Assembly: GCF_026571515.1 (NCBI RefSeq)
Contig: NW_026855294.1
Span: 806,001 to 870,000, forward strand
Length of the DNA stretch: 64,000 nucleotides
Direction of reading: 5' to 3'
Source of the DNA: Ruditapes philippinarum
Taxonomy: Eukaryota
The notes under the pieces are model-generated. The model was not told the DNA's origin, did not search any database, and saw only the letters and a list, made by a program, of their open reading frames with translations. Of this stretch, positions 50,311-64,000 are shown piece after piece (position 1 is the stretch's first letter; each line of letters begins with the position of its first letter). Made by a program: the position numbers and the translations under genes.

Positions 50311-52804
50311 CAAGATATGTTTGTAAAACATGTATGCCCCCTATCAGCAGCCAATTATTCATGTGATAAGGTAATTATGCATGACTTCTGACCCAGTGAT
50401 CAAACAATTAATAAGGGTTATCAAGTATCTACTGGTCATGACCTTGACCTTTGACCCCTTGACCCAAAACTTAATAGGGGTCATCTGCTGGTCAAAACAA
50501 ATCATCATACAAAGTTTGAAGCTCCTAGGCCTAAGCGTTTTTACTTAATTGATCAGAAACCGTTTTTACTTACAAGGTCAATGTGACCTTGACCTTTGAC
50601 CCCTTGACCCCAAAATCAATAGGGGTCATTTGCTGGTCATGACTAATCACCATGCCAAGTTTGAAGTTCCTAGGCCTAAGGGTTCTTTTATTATTGATCC
50701 GAAACCGTTTTAACATACAAGGTCAATGTGACCTTGACCTTTGACCCCAAAATCAATAGGGGTCATCTGCTGATCATGACCAATCACTATGCCAAGTTTG
50801 AAGTTCCTAGGCCGAAGTGTTCTTTAGTTATTGATCAGAAACCGTTTTTACTTACAAGGTCAATGTGACCTTGACCTTTGACCCCTTGATCCCAAAATCG
50901 AAAGGGGTAATCTGCTGGTCATGAAAAATCACCATACCAAGTTTGAAGTTCCTAGGCCTAAGCGTTCTTAAGTTATTGATCAGAAACCGTTTTTACTTAC
51001 AAGGTCGATGTGACCTTGACCTTTGACCCCTTGACCCAAAACTCAATAGGGGTCATCTGCTGGTCACCACCAATCATCATACAAAGTTTGAAGTTCCTAG
51101 GCCTAAGTGTTTTTAGTTAATTGATCGGAAACCGTTTTTACGTACAAGGTCAATGTTACATGACCTTTGACCCCTTGACCCTAAAAACAATAGGTCATCT
51201 GCTGGTCATGACCAATCACCATACCAAGTTTGAAGTTCCTAGGCCTAAGGGTTCTTAAGTTATTGATCGGAAAGCATTTTTACCTACAAGGTCAATGTGA
51301 CCTTTCCCTTTGACCCCTTAACCCCAAAATCAGTAGGGGTCATCTGCTGGTCATGACCAATCACCATACCAAGTTTGAAGTTCCTAGGCCTAAGGGTTCT
51401 TTAGTTATTGATCGGAAACTGCTTTGACCTAAGAGGTCAATGTGACCTTGACCTTTGACCCCTTGACCCCAAAATCAATAGGGGTCATCTACTGATCATG
51501 ACCAATCACCATACCAAGTTTGAAGTTCCTAGGCCTAAGGGTTCTTTAGTTATTGATCCGAAACTGTTTTTACCTAAGAGGTCAATGTGACCTTGACCTT
51601 TGACCCCTTGACCCCAAAATCAATAGGGGTCATCTACTGATCATGACCAATCACCATATCAAGTTTGTAGTCCCTAGGCCTAAGGGTTCTTTCGTTATTG
51701 ATCGGAAACCGTTTTTGCCTACAAGGTCAATGTGACCTTGACCTTTGACCCCTTGACCCCAAAATCAATAGGGGTCATCTACTGATCATGACCAATCACC
51801 ATATCAAGTTTGAAGTCCCTAGGCCTAAGGGTTCTTTTGTTATTGATCGGAAACCGTTTTTACCTACAAGGTCAATGTGACCTTGACCTTTGACCCCTTA
51901 ACCCCAAAATCAATAGGGGTCATCTGCTGGTCATAACCAATCACCATACCAAGTTTGAAGTTCCTAGGCCTAAGGGTTCTTTTGTTATTGATCGGAAACC
52001 GTTTTTTACCTAAGAGGTCAATGTGACCTTGACCTTTGACCCCTTGACCCCAAAATCGTTAGGGGTCATCTACTGATCATGACCAATCACCATACCAAGT
52101 TTGAAGTTCCTAGGCCTTAAGGTTCTTTACTTATTGATCGGAAACCGTTTTTGCTTACAAGGTCAATGTGACCTTGACCTTTGACCCCTTGACCCCAAAA
52201 TCGTTAGGGGTCATCTACTGATCATGACCAATCACCATACCAAGTTTGAAGTTCCTAGGCCTTAAGGTTCTTTACTTATTGATCGGAAACCGTTTTTGCT
52301 TACAAGGTCAATGTGACCTTGACCTTTGACCCCTTAACTCCAAAATCAATAGGGGTCATCTACTGATCATGACCAATCACCATACCAAGTTTGAAGTTCC
52401 TAGGCCTTAAGGTTCTTTACTTATTGATCGGAAACCGTTTTTGCTTACAAGGTCAATGTGACCTTGACCTTTGACCCCTTGACCCCAAAATCAATAGGGG
52501 TCATCTACTGATCATGACAAATCACCATACCAAGTTTGAAGTTCCTAGGCCTTAAGGTTCTTTAGTTATTGATCGAAAACCGTTTTTGCTTACAAGGTCA
52601 ATGTGACCTTGACCTTTGACCCCAAAATCAATAGGGGTCATCTACTTGTCATGACCAATCACCATACCAAGTTTGAAGTTCCTAGGCCTAAGGGTTCTTT
52701 AGTTATCACTCGGAAACCATTTGGTCTACGGACCGACGGACCGACGGACCGACGGACCGACAAGTGCAAAGCAATATACCCCCTTTTTTTCAAAAGGGGG
52801 CATA
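50311..52804 (-). mobile_element. Non-autonomous Helentron-type element with a ~16 x 145-bp array, in a TTBK intron
   Basis: AA|CAAG plus hairpin, 10-bp subTIRs TATGCCCCCT / AGGGGGCATA, a (GACGGACC)n microsatellite and a 145-bp period (e.g. 51435 to 51580). Confidence 0.92.
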
Positions 52805-52829
52805 ATAAAATATATCACAATAAATTTTA

Positions 52830-53081
<252 letters not shown>

Positions 53082-53451
53082 TTAATATTAGATAACATTA
53101 TACACTATTTCAATATTTTCTAATTTACATCAGAGTTGTTCTAAAATAAGTGAATTTATCAAGAAAACATAATTATAAGAAAGTATTGATCACCAAATTT
53201 TCTGCAACTAGTTCCAACTTACATTCATTTAATTATTGACCAGAAGAAATGTCAGGATTGAGTCGAACCACACAATACCATTCCATGATTCAATAAATTT
53301 AATATACACTATTAAAACTCTACAAAAACAATTATTTATTATGTCATTATTTCTTATACCAACTATTCAAGAAGCTGATCATTAAAAAAACTTCTGACAT
53401 AATGAGAGGTCTAAATATGGTAAAGATTTAAACTTTAACTGTATGATATTA

Positions 53452-53631
<180 letters not shown>

Positions 53632-53659
53632 CTATGTATCAACAAAATTTAATAATATA

Positions 53660-54501
53660 CGAGGGGTCATCCAAAAATTCGTGGACTTTTTAAATATCTT
53701 TTGAACATCAACGTGTATTGATATGAAATTTTATCAGCATACATTGTAGAATATTATCAACACGTTTTGAAACGAAGAGTTAACTGCGTCAATAAAACAT
53801 GGATTTTATATTGCTTTGAAATAAGCACATACACGGCACCCGGCGCACGGTAGAAAAGCGCAGTTAGTCAGCGTATATTTTTTGCTAAAAAAATACTAAT
53901 TAACGTAGAAAACCCGTTAAACATCGCATATTTCTTCTATGATGTAATTTAAGTAATTCTTTAAAATTATGGACGTCATTTCCATTCATTTTTGTTGAAA
54001 TCGCCAGAAACGCCAGACGATGATATTGTTTACAACGGGAACATTACGGACACGCAGAAATTAGAAAATAGCGTGATCACAATATTTTGTTGTAATTTGG
54101 GAATGACACCAACAAAAACATTTGAAAAAAACAGAACAACAAAAGACAGCAGGCAAACAGAAAAAATAAAATTTCACTATCATTAGTGTTTAATTGGCAT
54201 ACAAATTTAGTGATGGACATTACTACGTGAAGCAGTAATGATTATTGACTGCGTAACGTTGAAGCATAAGTTGACGTTAAATGTTATGACGTTGACGTCA
54301 ATAACTTTTTGGAGTGCGCCGCTGTCGCAGACATATGTTTATGTAAAATTAAATATTGTTGTAATATAAATAGATACTAACATGAATTTTTCTGTGTTTA
54401 TTTATTATTTATTCTTCTAAGCAGTGTGAGAATTTCAAATCAATATCTCAAATATATTTTACGCAACAAAGAAAGTCCACGAATTTTTGGATAACCCCTC
54501 G
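53660..54501 (+). mobile_element. Internally deleted Tc1/mariner relic
   Basis: ~30-bp TIRs CGAGGGGTCATCCAAAAATTCGTGGACTTT / AAAGTCCACGAATTTTTGGATAACCCCTCG with TA TSDs. A decayed mariner N-terminal HTH-like peptide (SVITIFCCNLGMTPTKTFE) is present. Confidence 0.88.
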
Positions 54502-54740
54502 TACTTCATATAAAGTAAATACATAATATGAAACCAGTCTTTGGAAGGTAAAGATTTTGGTTTTTGTAGAGAGGTGTTGCTATACAGAGGTTTAATCTTT
54601 AGTAAGGTCTTACTTTGAAAAAATAATGAAATTGTTGTTGTAAAGAGTTGATCTACAGAAGGCTACTGTGCAAGATTGCACTATATCTCCAAAAATATAG
54701 TGTAACATGTCAAAATTTTCCTTTATAACATTAAGGTGAA

Positions 54741-56322
54741 CAAGAACTGTCGGAGGACAGTAACGCTCGACTATTCGAAAATTTGTCACAAGGGTGTTTC
54801 ATTGATTATAATAATGCTTACCTATATGAATACATAAAATTGTCCGAAAAGGTACAAACCCTTCAAGTTTCAATACATTCCCTTCAGTACTTATGGAGAT
54901 ACAAGCTTACACACAAAAACTTAACCAAGAATTTATGAATCGAAAAAGGGGCATTATTATGCGAAAAAGAAAATCCGAGTTATGGGACTTGTGCCAATCA
55001 TCTTAGATAATCACAGACAACAAGAGTGTTAAGTTTCAATCCATTCCCTTCAGTAGTTATGGAGATACCAGCTTACACGCAAAAAATTAACCAAGAATTT
55101 CTAAGTCCAAAAAGGGGCATAATTATGTTAAAAAGCAAATCAGACTGATGGGACTTGTGTCAATCATCTTAGATAATCACAGAGAACAAGTGTGTGAAGT
55201 TTCAATCCATTCCCTTCAGTAGTTATGGAGATACCAGCTTACACGCAAAAACTTAACCAAGAATTTCTAAGTCGAAAAAGGGACATTATTATGTAAAAAA
55301 GCAAATCAGAGTTATGGGACTTGTGCCAATCATCTAAGATAATCACAGAAAACAAGTGTGTGAAGTTTCAATCCATTCCCTTCAGTAGTTATGGAGATAC
55401 CAGCTTACACGCAAAAACTTAACAAGAATTTCTAAGTCGAAAAAGGGGCATTATTATGTAAAAAAGCAAATCAGAGTTATGGGACTTGTGCCAATCATCT
55501 TTGATAATCACAGAGAACAAGCGTGTGAAGTTTCAATCCATTCCCTTCAGTAGTTATGGAGATACCAGCTTACACGCAAAAACTTAACCAAGAATTTCTA
55601 AGTCGAAAAAGGGGCATTATTATGTTAAAAAAGCAAATCAGAGTTATGGGACTTGTGCCAATCATCTTAGATAATCACAGAGAACAAGTGTGTGAAGTTT
55701 CAATCCATTCCCATCAGTAGTTAATATGGACATACCAGCTTACACGCAAAAACTTAACCAAGAATTTCTAAGTCGAAAAAGGGACATAATTATGTAAAAA
55801 AGCAAACCAGAGTTATGGGACTTGTACCAATCATCTAAGATAATCACAGAGAACAAGTGTGTGAAGTTTCAATCCATTCCCTTCAGTAGTTATGGAGATA
55901 CCAGCTTACATACAAAAACTTAACCACAAATTTCTAAGTCGAAAAGGGGCATAATTATGTAAAAAAGCAAATCAGAGTTATGGGACTTGTGCCAATCATC
56001 TTAGATAATCACAGAGAACAAGTGTGTGAAGTTTCAATCCATTCCCTTCAGTAGTTATGGAGATACCAGCTTACATACAAAAACTTAACCACGAATTTCT
56101 AAGTCGAAAAAGGGGCATAATTATGAAAAAAAGCAAATCAGAGTTATGGGACTTGTGTCAATCATCTTAGATAATCACAGAGAACAAGTGTGTGAAGTTT
56201 CAATCCATTCCCTTCAGTAGTTATGGAGATACCAGCTTACATACAAAAACTTAACCACAGGGACGCCGACGCCGACAAATGGGTGACTGCATTAGCTCGA
56301 TTATTCTGCGAATAGTCGAGCT
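54741..56322 (-). mobile_element. Non-autonomous Helentron-type element with a ~9 x 166-bp array, in a TTBK intron
   Basis: AA|CAAG, an ACTGTC-GGAG-GACAGT hairpin, perfect 13-bp subTIRs GCTCGACTATTCG / CGAATAGTCGAGC, (GACGCC)n and a period of ~166 bp. Confidence 0.92.
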
Positions 56323-56789
56323 AAAAACAGCATTATTACTGGCATGCAAGTAGTTCCCATACAAAAGCTGCAGTTATTTGATATATATTTTTAGTATGCT
56401 CACTCACTAAAAAATTTTTGCTACACACTAATATTTGGCTTTTGACACAAAATCTTGGAAATCTTGATGTGTTCTTAATACAGAACGTCTTTAGGTAGAA
56501 GACCTGGTATTGTCTCATTTTGTATGCAGAGAAGCAGTTCTTACACACAAAATATATCCCAATATAATTATACTATGTTGTTATATCAGTCCTCTGCTCC
56601 ACTTATCATTGTTTAAGAGACCATTTGTCTGGAGTTTAATAAACATGTCATTCAGAATATATGTGTGTACAGGAAATACTTGGATGCCAGAATACTAAAA
56701 CCCTTTCTCTGTCAAATTGGATGCCAGAATACTAAAACCCTTTCTCTGTCAAATTAAAGTGACTGTTTCTAAAGATAAAATATACTTAC

Positions 56790-56846
56790 CACTTTCCATC
56801 TGTCCTTGACTACCTGACCGGCCTGCAAAAGATCTTCTGTTGTCAT
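56790..56846 (-). CDS. TTBK: TTBK first coding exon (MTTEDLLQAGQVVKDRWKV)
   Basis: Matches the TTBK/Asator N-terminus. GTAAGT donor; an upstream acceptor TTTCCAG places the exon start at 56973. The full protein is ~1091 aa. Confidence 0.92.
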
Positions 56847-57804
56847 AGTTACTCTTGCAGGTCACGGTCCTCTCAACAAATCACAATTTCACATTATGTC
56901 AGGTGACCTCACTGCCAACCAATCAGATTACTCTAAGATTTCATCTTTTGTCTTTCATCTCTCATTATACAATCTGGAAATACAAGAAAATAACAAATGT
57001 TATTCTTAATACTTTAACAATGGCTTTTTGTTGTTTAACCTAAATCAATCTAAATTATTTTTCCAAATTACCCTATTATGAAACATGCATCAACTTTTGC
57101 CAAACTCTGTGACTGATTTGCAAATCTCAATGATAAAGAACATAAAATGAATGGATATCATATGTTGTAGCAGGTAGCAAACATGCAAGCCCATCTATTC
57201 TGTCAACTGCCTAAAACCTTATATTATAGCACAGTCTCTGCAAACTGGAATATATCTGGTTACTTCTTTCAACATGTTTCTCATTTTATAACAAACATAA
57301 ATTATTATATGGTTTGTTCAACACTTGAGACATAGTGAATTGCCTGCCAACATAGTTAATAAGGCAGGTTGGTATTTTCTCCAGAAATAAAGCACCTTAA
57401 TCAATAACTAGTATAAATAGATGAGAGAAAAATAAATATCCCAATAATCACAATACATGTAATGTAAAGAAATGCATAAAAAACCAATCAACTTAAGTTA
57501 TTGACCAATAATCAATAATAACAGCATGTAAAACGTTCCTGTATCCTGCTCTAAATAAGGGGACAAACACATAACTTGCAAACACTTTTTCTGCATTCCC
57601 CTGACATGACTTGTTTCCTTATAAATTACATTTTTAGGACATGGTATTGGCTTCTTTGATAAACAGAAATTGAGACTGCCTCTCTTACCCCTTTTTGAAA
57701 TGCCTTACTGAAAAGGGTAAAAGTATTAAGTGACATTCAAGGATTTTTTATCACTTGGAAACTGAATCAAAACAATCTAATTCATTGACTCTTTAATTTT
57801 TAGC

Positions 57805-58835
57805 TGTGATGATTTGCTTAAAGCATCAGTTTGGAGTCAGGCCAGCCGGCATGTCCTTGCAATTAGGCCAGGCTTTGATTGTTTGCATAAAGCATCAGTT
57901 TGGAGTCAGGCCAGCCAGTATGTCCTTGCAATTAGGCCAGGCTTTGATTGTTTGCATAAAGCATCAGTTTGGAGTCAGGCCAGCCAGTATGTCCTTGCAA
58001 TTAGGCCAGGCTTTGATTGCTTGCATAAAGCATCAGTTTGGAGTCAGGCCAGCCAGTATGTCCTTGCAATTAGGCCAGGCTTTGATTGCTTGCATAAAGC
58101 ATCAGTTTGGAGTCAGGCCAGCCAGTATGTCCTTGCAATTAGGCCAGGCTTTGATTGCTTGCATAAAGCATCAGTTTGGAGTCAGGCCAGCCAGTATGTC
58201 CTTGCAATTAGGCCAGGCTTTGATTGCTTGCATAAAGCATCAGTTTGGAGTCAGGCCAGCCAGTATGTCCTTGCAATTAGGCCAGGCTTTGATTGCTTGC
58301 ATAAAGCATCAGTTTGGAGTTACACCAGCCTGAATATCCTTGCAGTTAGGCTAGGCTGTGATGATTTGCATAAAGCATCAGTTTGGAGTCTGGCCTGCAG
58401 GCATAGTCTTGCAATTAGGCCAGGCTTTGATTGCTTGCATAAAGCATCAGTTTGGAGTCACACCAGCCTGAATATTAGGCCAGGCTGTGATGGCTTGCAT
58501 ATAACACCAGTTTGGAGTCAGGCCAGTCTATATGCCCTTGCAGTTAGGCCAGGTTGTTATGACTTGCATAATTGCATCAGTTTTCAGTCAGACATGCCAG
58601 CATGTCCTTGCAGTTAGGCCAGGTTGTTATGACTTGCATATAGCATCAGTTTGGAGTCAGACCAGCCTATATGTCCTTGCAGTTAGGCCAGGCTGTGATG
58701 ACTTGCATATAGCATCAGTTTGGAGTCAGACCAGCCTATATGTCCTTGCAGTTAGGCCAGGCTGTGATGGCTTGCATATAACATCAGTTTGGAGTCAGGC
58801 CAGCCTGCATGTCCTTGCAGTAGGACAAGACTGTT
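57805..58835. repeat. 69-bp minisatellite, ~15 copies
   Basis: Unit AAGCATCAGTTTGGAGTCAGGCCAGCCAGTATGTCCTTGCAATTAGGCCAGGCTTTGATTGCTTGCATA. It accounts for the 23-aa-repeat ORFs. Confidence 0.93.
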
Positions 58836-59729
58836 AAATTTCAGCTGTTTTTTAATGAAATACAATTATTAATGAAAATAACAATGGACTATTCCAAAAT
58901 CAAAGCAGGCAAATCCATATATATATATATAATATATGAAAGGTTAAGAACTTTTCCATGGTGTGAATAGTAAATTATATGGCTGCAAATATTCAATAAA
59001 ACAACAATTACTTGTGGCAAAATTATAAATCATTCCTTTAGTCTAGCTCAGTGTTATCATCAACATTTTCCTGGAACAAACCAGACAAATAACATAAAAT
59101 AAACAAGATTACAGGCTGATTATTTTGCTGCTCTTTATCTACCTCAAAATAAAATCAGTCTATCGTAAAACAAACAACAAAGAAGAGACTTACTTATAGT
59201 AAAGCCAATTAGGAATACCCTTTACATCACCTTTGACAAACAAAATTAGGCTTATTTTCCCTATTATCTTTTGTATATTTCATTATTTTGCTGTATACTG
59301 ATTTCACAAAATATTTCCAATAAATTTTGACATTTTTCTCTTTGTTCCTTAATGAGATCTTCAGAAGACAAGCATCAATAAATTCAGTATTGTTCCGAGG
59401 AGAAATTACTGCTGTTGCCTCCAGTACTTGACACACAGAAATCCACAATAAATATAAATGAACAGGATCTGTTGTTAATGCAAGGCAATTGTGGGTCATA
59501 TCATTAGCAATAAGAACAAATCAAACACAGTTTGAACAGAAAATGATGTTATTTATGCAGTAGTATTTCTGACGGCCTTTCATTGTGAAGGGTTTCTTTT
59601 GTTTTTTGGGGGTTTTTTAAATCATGTTTTTTAATCAACAACATTTTTCTAAAAAAGAAATTAAACAATGAAAATGTTTCCTTGCAAGAAATATTGTCAA
59701 TGTACTATTCACTCTGGGTGCTGATTACT

Positions 59730-59843
59730 ACCTTCCAGCCCTAATCTGCCCTTCCAGTCCTACTCTGCCCTTCCAGCCCTAATATGCCCTTCCAGTCCTA
59801 CTCTGCCCTTCCAGCCCTAATATGCCCTTCCAGTCCTACTCTG
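59730..59843. repeat. 19-bp tandem repeat, ~6 copies
   Basis: CCCTTCCAG(C/T)CCTA(A/C)T(A/C)TG with alternating variants. Confidence 0.85.
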
Positions 59844-61872
59844 TGGTATATTAACCTCTTACTATTACATCTGTATGCCAATATTACAGAATCTTACACA
59901 AACAGCAATACAACCATTAACTGTGCTACTCTTGACAAATTGATCATAATTCACAAATTAAGTTTGATGGTTCAATAACTACATAACACTTTTATCAGCA
60001 GAGAATGGCAAGTCAATATCTGTGGTAAAAGTAACAACCAGTAATAGCGGCTAGTCATGGACAAAATGATCCAGAATTTGCATAAAACATGATGCCTGCA
60101 AGCTATAAAATATAAGATTTACAGGAACATATAAATAAGAAATCAATAAGTCTCTGAAATCTGTCTTAAATGATAATTGAGAAATTATATGCAGTACTTG
60201 TTACATTCATTGCTGCGGTATTTTTACCCTTCACATCCTGGATATATTAAATGGACTTGTCCAGCTAAAATATTTGGAACTGTCCAATATTAAATTTTGG
60301 GGATATCAAGACAAAAACTGTTGGATGCAGACTGGGTCTACACTAGTGGCAAAGGCTAATCACTTTCACAGTTCCAGCAGGGAACCATTCAACAATTATG
60401 GAATCAATATTTGACATCAGAAGTTTTATCTGGTACAAGTTATTTTGTGTATAGGAAAGTATATCCCAGAATGATATGTATACAGACTTTTATTGGTGAC
60501 AATGGTAGAATCAATACTTTAACCAAAATATGTCTCAACATATACAAAAACAGAAGAAATCTGAGTGGAGATGTAATTATCTGATCTGAGTGGAGATGTA
60601 ATTATCTGATGTATTTTTCTACAGTATGTAACCTGTCTTTTACTGTTTTAATATAAATCTCCTACTATATTGCGTTCAATTAACTTCTGACAAAAGACAC
60701 ATGGAAGGAAATTAATTTAAAATATGTGTACAAGCAACATAAAACATTCCGAAGAAATGGTCTGACCCCACAACACATCATTATCACTATGTACTTAGAA
60801 AACAAAATGTGATAATGTCCTTCTCTCTAAGGTATATAAACTTAATTACCCCTGCACCTTAAACCACGTCAATAGCATTTACAGTCAGTCAATTATATAC
60901 ATGTATATAGGACTTTGTGATTAGACAAACCGGACAAGACTAGACTCAACTTTAAAAGCGTTTCCATATATGACAACCATCTAAAAGTTATCAATTATAT
61001 AACCATAATGCAGCAAAAAATTCAGTAAAATACCAGCAGACTTGTCAAATAAATCAGCAGACACTGTTTTCTTAATTAAGGAATAAAACATCAACCTGCC
61101 ATATCATCAAAATATCATTATTGATATTTTCTAACACTGCAATACATGTATTTACCTTTGTGCATGAAAACAGTTTAAGCAAGAAAGTCTAAATCAATGG
61201 TTTGGTATAAAGCACTATTTACAGAGAACAATCCCAGCCTGAAGAAGAAATAAAATTTGATTAGTATCCATCAATGCTGGCCCAGTTTTGTACATAAAGT
61301 CAATAAAGCTTGATTAAAGGGGCAAGAAATCACCGACAAGTCTTCTTATATTTGACAGATGATGTTTCGCAAGTCTACCCATGTTTCCAGAATATTTCTT
61401 TTATAGTATCAGCTTTTATACTGAAATCTAAAACCTACATGAAATAATGTCTTTATTGATAATAATATCTCTAAAGAAAACTTTAGTTTTTTTTCTCTAA
61501 ATGTCTTCATGGGAACAATAGTGTGGGCAGCACCAAATACAGTGATACCAGTATAATACTTACTAAAAGAAAAAAAAAGAAATGAAAAATTTTGTAATTA
61601 AAACAGATAGACCTATAAAAGGGGATAGATGGATGCTTGTTTATATAACGTGCAATGATGATGCATCCATGAAAAAAAGGTTACTTATTTTGTTTGTTGA
61701 AAACTGCCCAACCCATTAAAATATTTAAAGGCTTAAAACCTGTAAAACTTGTTTTTCCACCAAACACATCAAAGTAACAACCTTGCAATCAAGGGTTTAT
61801 AGGACATTACATATCATGAGCCCTTCATCACATTGTCTCATGTTTAGAAAAACAGACTGAAATATGAACAAA

Positions 61873-62835
61873 CTAGAACTGCCACTGTCATGGCGTGAAT
61901 ACCCCCTGCATACCAGAATCAACAGTGACCATTTAGATTCACCCTGCCAAATCTGAGGTTACAAAGCCAGTGCATTTCTAAGATATGTATTCTCCATGCT
62001 TCAAATGTGAAAATTTCAAAATCAAATTTTTTTAGTCAAGGCCCCTGTGACCTTGACCTTTGACCCATTGACCTCAAAATCAATAGGGGTCATTTACTAA
62101 TCATTACTAACCTCCATGCCAAATATGAAGACTGTGGGTCAAAGAAATCTCAAGTTATTGGGCAGACAAGCTTTTTTTAAGTCAAGGCCCCTGTGATCTT
62201 GAACTTTGACCCAGTGACCTCAAAATCAATAGGGGTCATCTACTAATCATGACTTACCTCCATGCCAAATATGAAGACTGTGGGTCAAAGGAATCTCAAG
62301 TTATTGGGCGACAAGCTTTTTTTTAGTCAAGGCCCCTCTGACCTTGACCTTTGACCCAGTGACCTCAAAATCAATAGGGGTCATTTACTAATCATGCCTA
62401 ACCTCCATGCCAAATATGAAGACTGTGGGTCAAAGGAATCTCAAGTTATTGGGCAGAAAGCTTTTTTTTAGTCAAGGCCCCTGTGACCTTGATCTTTGAC
62501 CCAGTGACCTCAAAATCAATAGGAGTCATCTACTAATCATGACTAACCTCCATGCCAAATATGAAGACTGTGGGTCAAAGGAATCTAAAGTTATTGGGCA
62601 GACAAAGTGTTTTAAGTCAAGGTCCCTGTGACCTTGATCTTTTACCAAGTGACCTTAAAATCATTAGGGGTCATCTACTAATCATGACTAACCTTCATGC
62701 CAAATATGAAGACTGTGGGCCAAAGGAATCTCAAGTTATTGGGCGGACAAGGAAAAACCGACGGAAGGACGGGGAGACGTCCGGACAAGCTGATTCCAGT
62801 ATACCCCCCCATACAACTTTGTTGTGCTGGGGTAT
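61873..62835 (-). mobile_element. Non-autonomous Helentron-type element with a ~5 x 145-bp array
   Basis: AA|CTAG plus hairpin, imperfect subTIRs ATACCCC.../...GGGGTAT, degenerate GACG repeats, and GTCAAGG recurring at 62035, 62181, 62326, 62471 and 62616. Confidence 0.85.
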
Positions 62836-64000
62836 AAAATCATACTTCAAGCCATTCAATGTTTTTAAATGGTGCTGAAAAATATTACACCAATTGTTTC
62901 AATAAGGACAAATTATAAATCTTGCTGTCAGAGCATGCTATTCTGCAGGGATATATTTTCAACTTGTCTGACACAGACTAAGATGATGGATGGAATGAAG
63001 CTCATAAACCATTGGACAGAAGAATGGATGGACAACCCCCCCCCCCATACCGTTATAGGACTGAAGATATATTTTGGCATATAAAAAGGGAAATAAGTGG
63101 AGAAATTGGATGGCACAGTTATGTCACTTGCTGAGGTCAACGCCTTTGTACCAGTAAATAATTCTGTATAGTATGAAGCCAGTGGTACAGATAAAACTTT
63201 AGCCATATCCAACTCGCTGGAATATGTTCACCACACTCATTTTGAAAATGCTAAAAGGGAAATACCTGGGGTGTAATGAATGCAACCCTAAGATCAAGGA
63301 CTTTGTATTGGTAAGTAAGTTTGTATGGTATAAAACTATTGGTATAGGTAGAACTTATCTTGCTTAAGTTTAAGTTGATCTGGTACGAACAGATGGATGG
63401 ACAAACAGTTTATTTACTATATTCTCAGAAGGCATTTAACTTTTTTTATTTGAAAATGGTTTATGAACAGTTAGTTATTGCTTTATTTATATATATTTTT
63501 TATTTTATATATTCAGAGCTGTAATCATTTGATGAGAACTTAATAGGTGCCATGTACATTCATTAAGGCGGAAGTGAAAGCCTACAACCCCCCCCCCCCC
63601 ATCCCAATTAGCCTACCATGCTAAATGGACACAAAGAATCAAATGGGATAATACAATTCTGCAGGTGTAATTCATTTTCCATTTACCTTTTAAATGATCA
63701 GTTTGCAAGCAATAAAAGGATGGTGTTGTTTTCACTTGTGAACACATACTAATAGTATGAGATCATGTATGTTATACATTTAGCATTTCATAAATCTATC
63801 AATGTGTCTAAATGCCATTTGTGACTTTCAATAAATCTTTATCCTGGGAGAAATAAAATGGTGATGACATCCATTTAGGGTAAGAGCAATACTACAGAAT
63901 TGTATAGATGTTATAGTGTAATATCAAGAGCTCATGCAATTCACTCGTTCATCATGTAGCAGTTAGAGACTGATACTTTAACAGCCTGTCATCTGGTAAA

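Noticed and set aside
56679-56755. Short exact tandem duplications (37 bp here, 31 bp at ~25340, 25 bp at ~60560)
   Set aside because: Ordinary slippage or repair duplications with no sign of function.
57806-58837. 175-, 267- and 101-aa ORFs with 23-aa repeats
   Set aside because: They are a by-product of a 69-bp minisatellite open in several frames, with non-ATG starts in two cases and no evident splice context.

Overview
AT-rich eukaryotic (animal) genomic DNA. The repeat families suggest a bivalve mollusc, which is an inference. Two convergent host genes are present. On + is a gene for a ~737-aa protein with a long acidic disordered N-terminus and a degenerate thiamine-triphosphatase (CYTH)-like C-terminal domain (12037-14889). 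On - is a complete multi-exon tau-tubulin kinase gene (TTBK/Asator; coding 56846-42617, with a probable alternative last exon at 41873-41732). Between them lies an apparently intact ~10.06-kb autonomous Helentron/Helitron2 rolling-circle transposon (22780-32841). It has perfect 16-bp subterminal inverted repeats, a 3' hairpin, a (GGCG)n microsatellite, a 4x145-bp array, an orphan coiled-coil ORF and a 2260-aa OTU / 21-aa repeat / Zn / HUH-Rep / PIF1 helicase / AP-endonuclease polyprotein. At least four complete non-autonomous Helentron-type (HINE/DINE-like) elements with 145- or ~165-bp internal arrays are also present, and two share spaced sequence boxes with the autonomous element's array. 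The rest consists of MITEs, a mariner relic, SINE remnants and minisatellites. All calls come from manual reading; no database searches were run.
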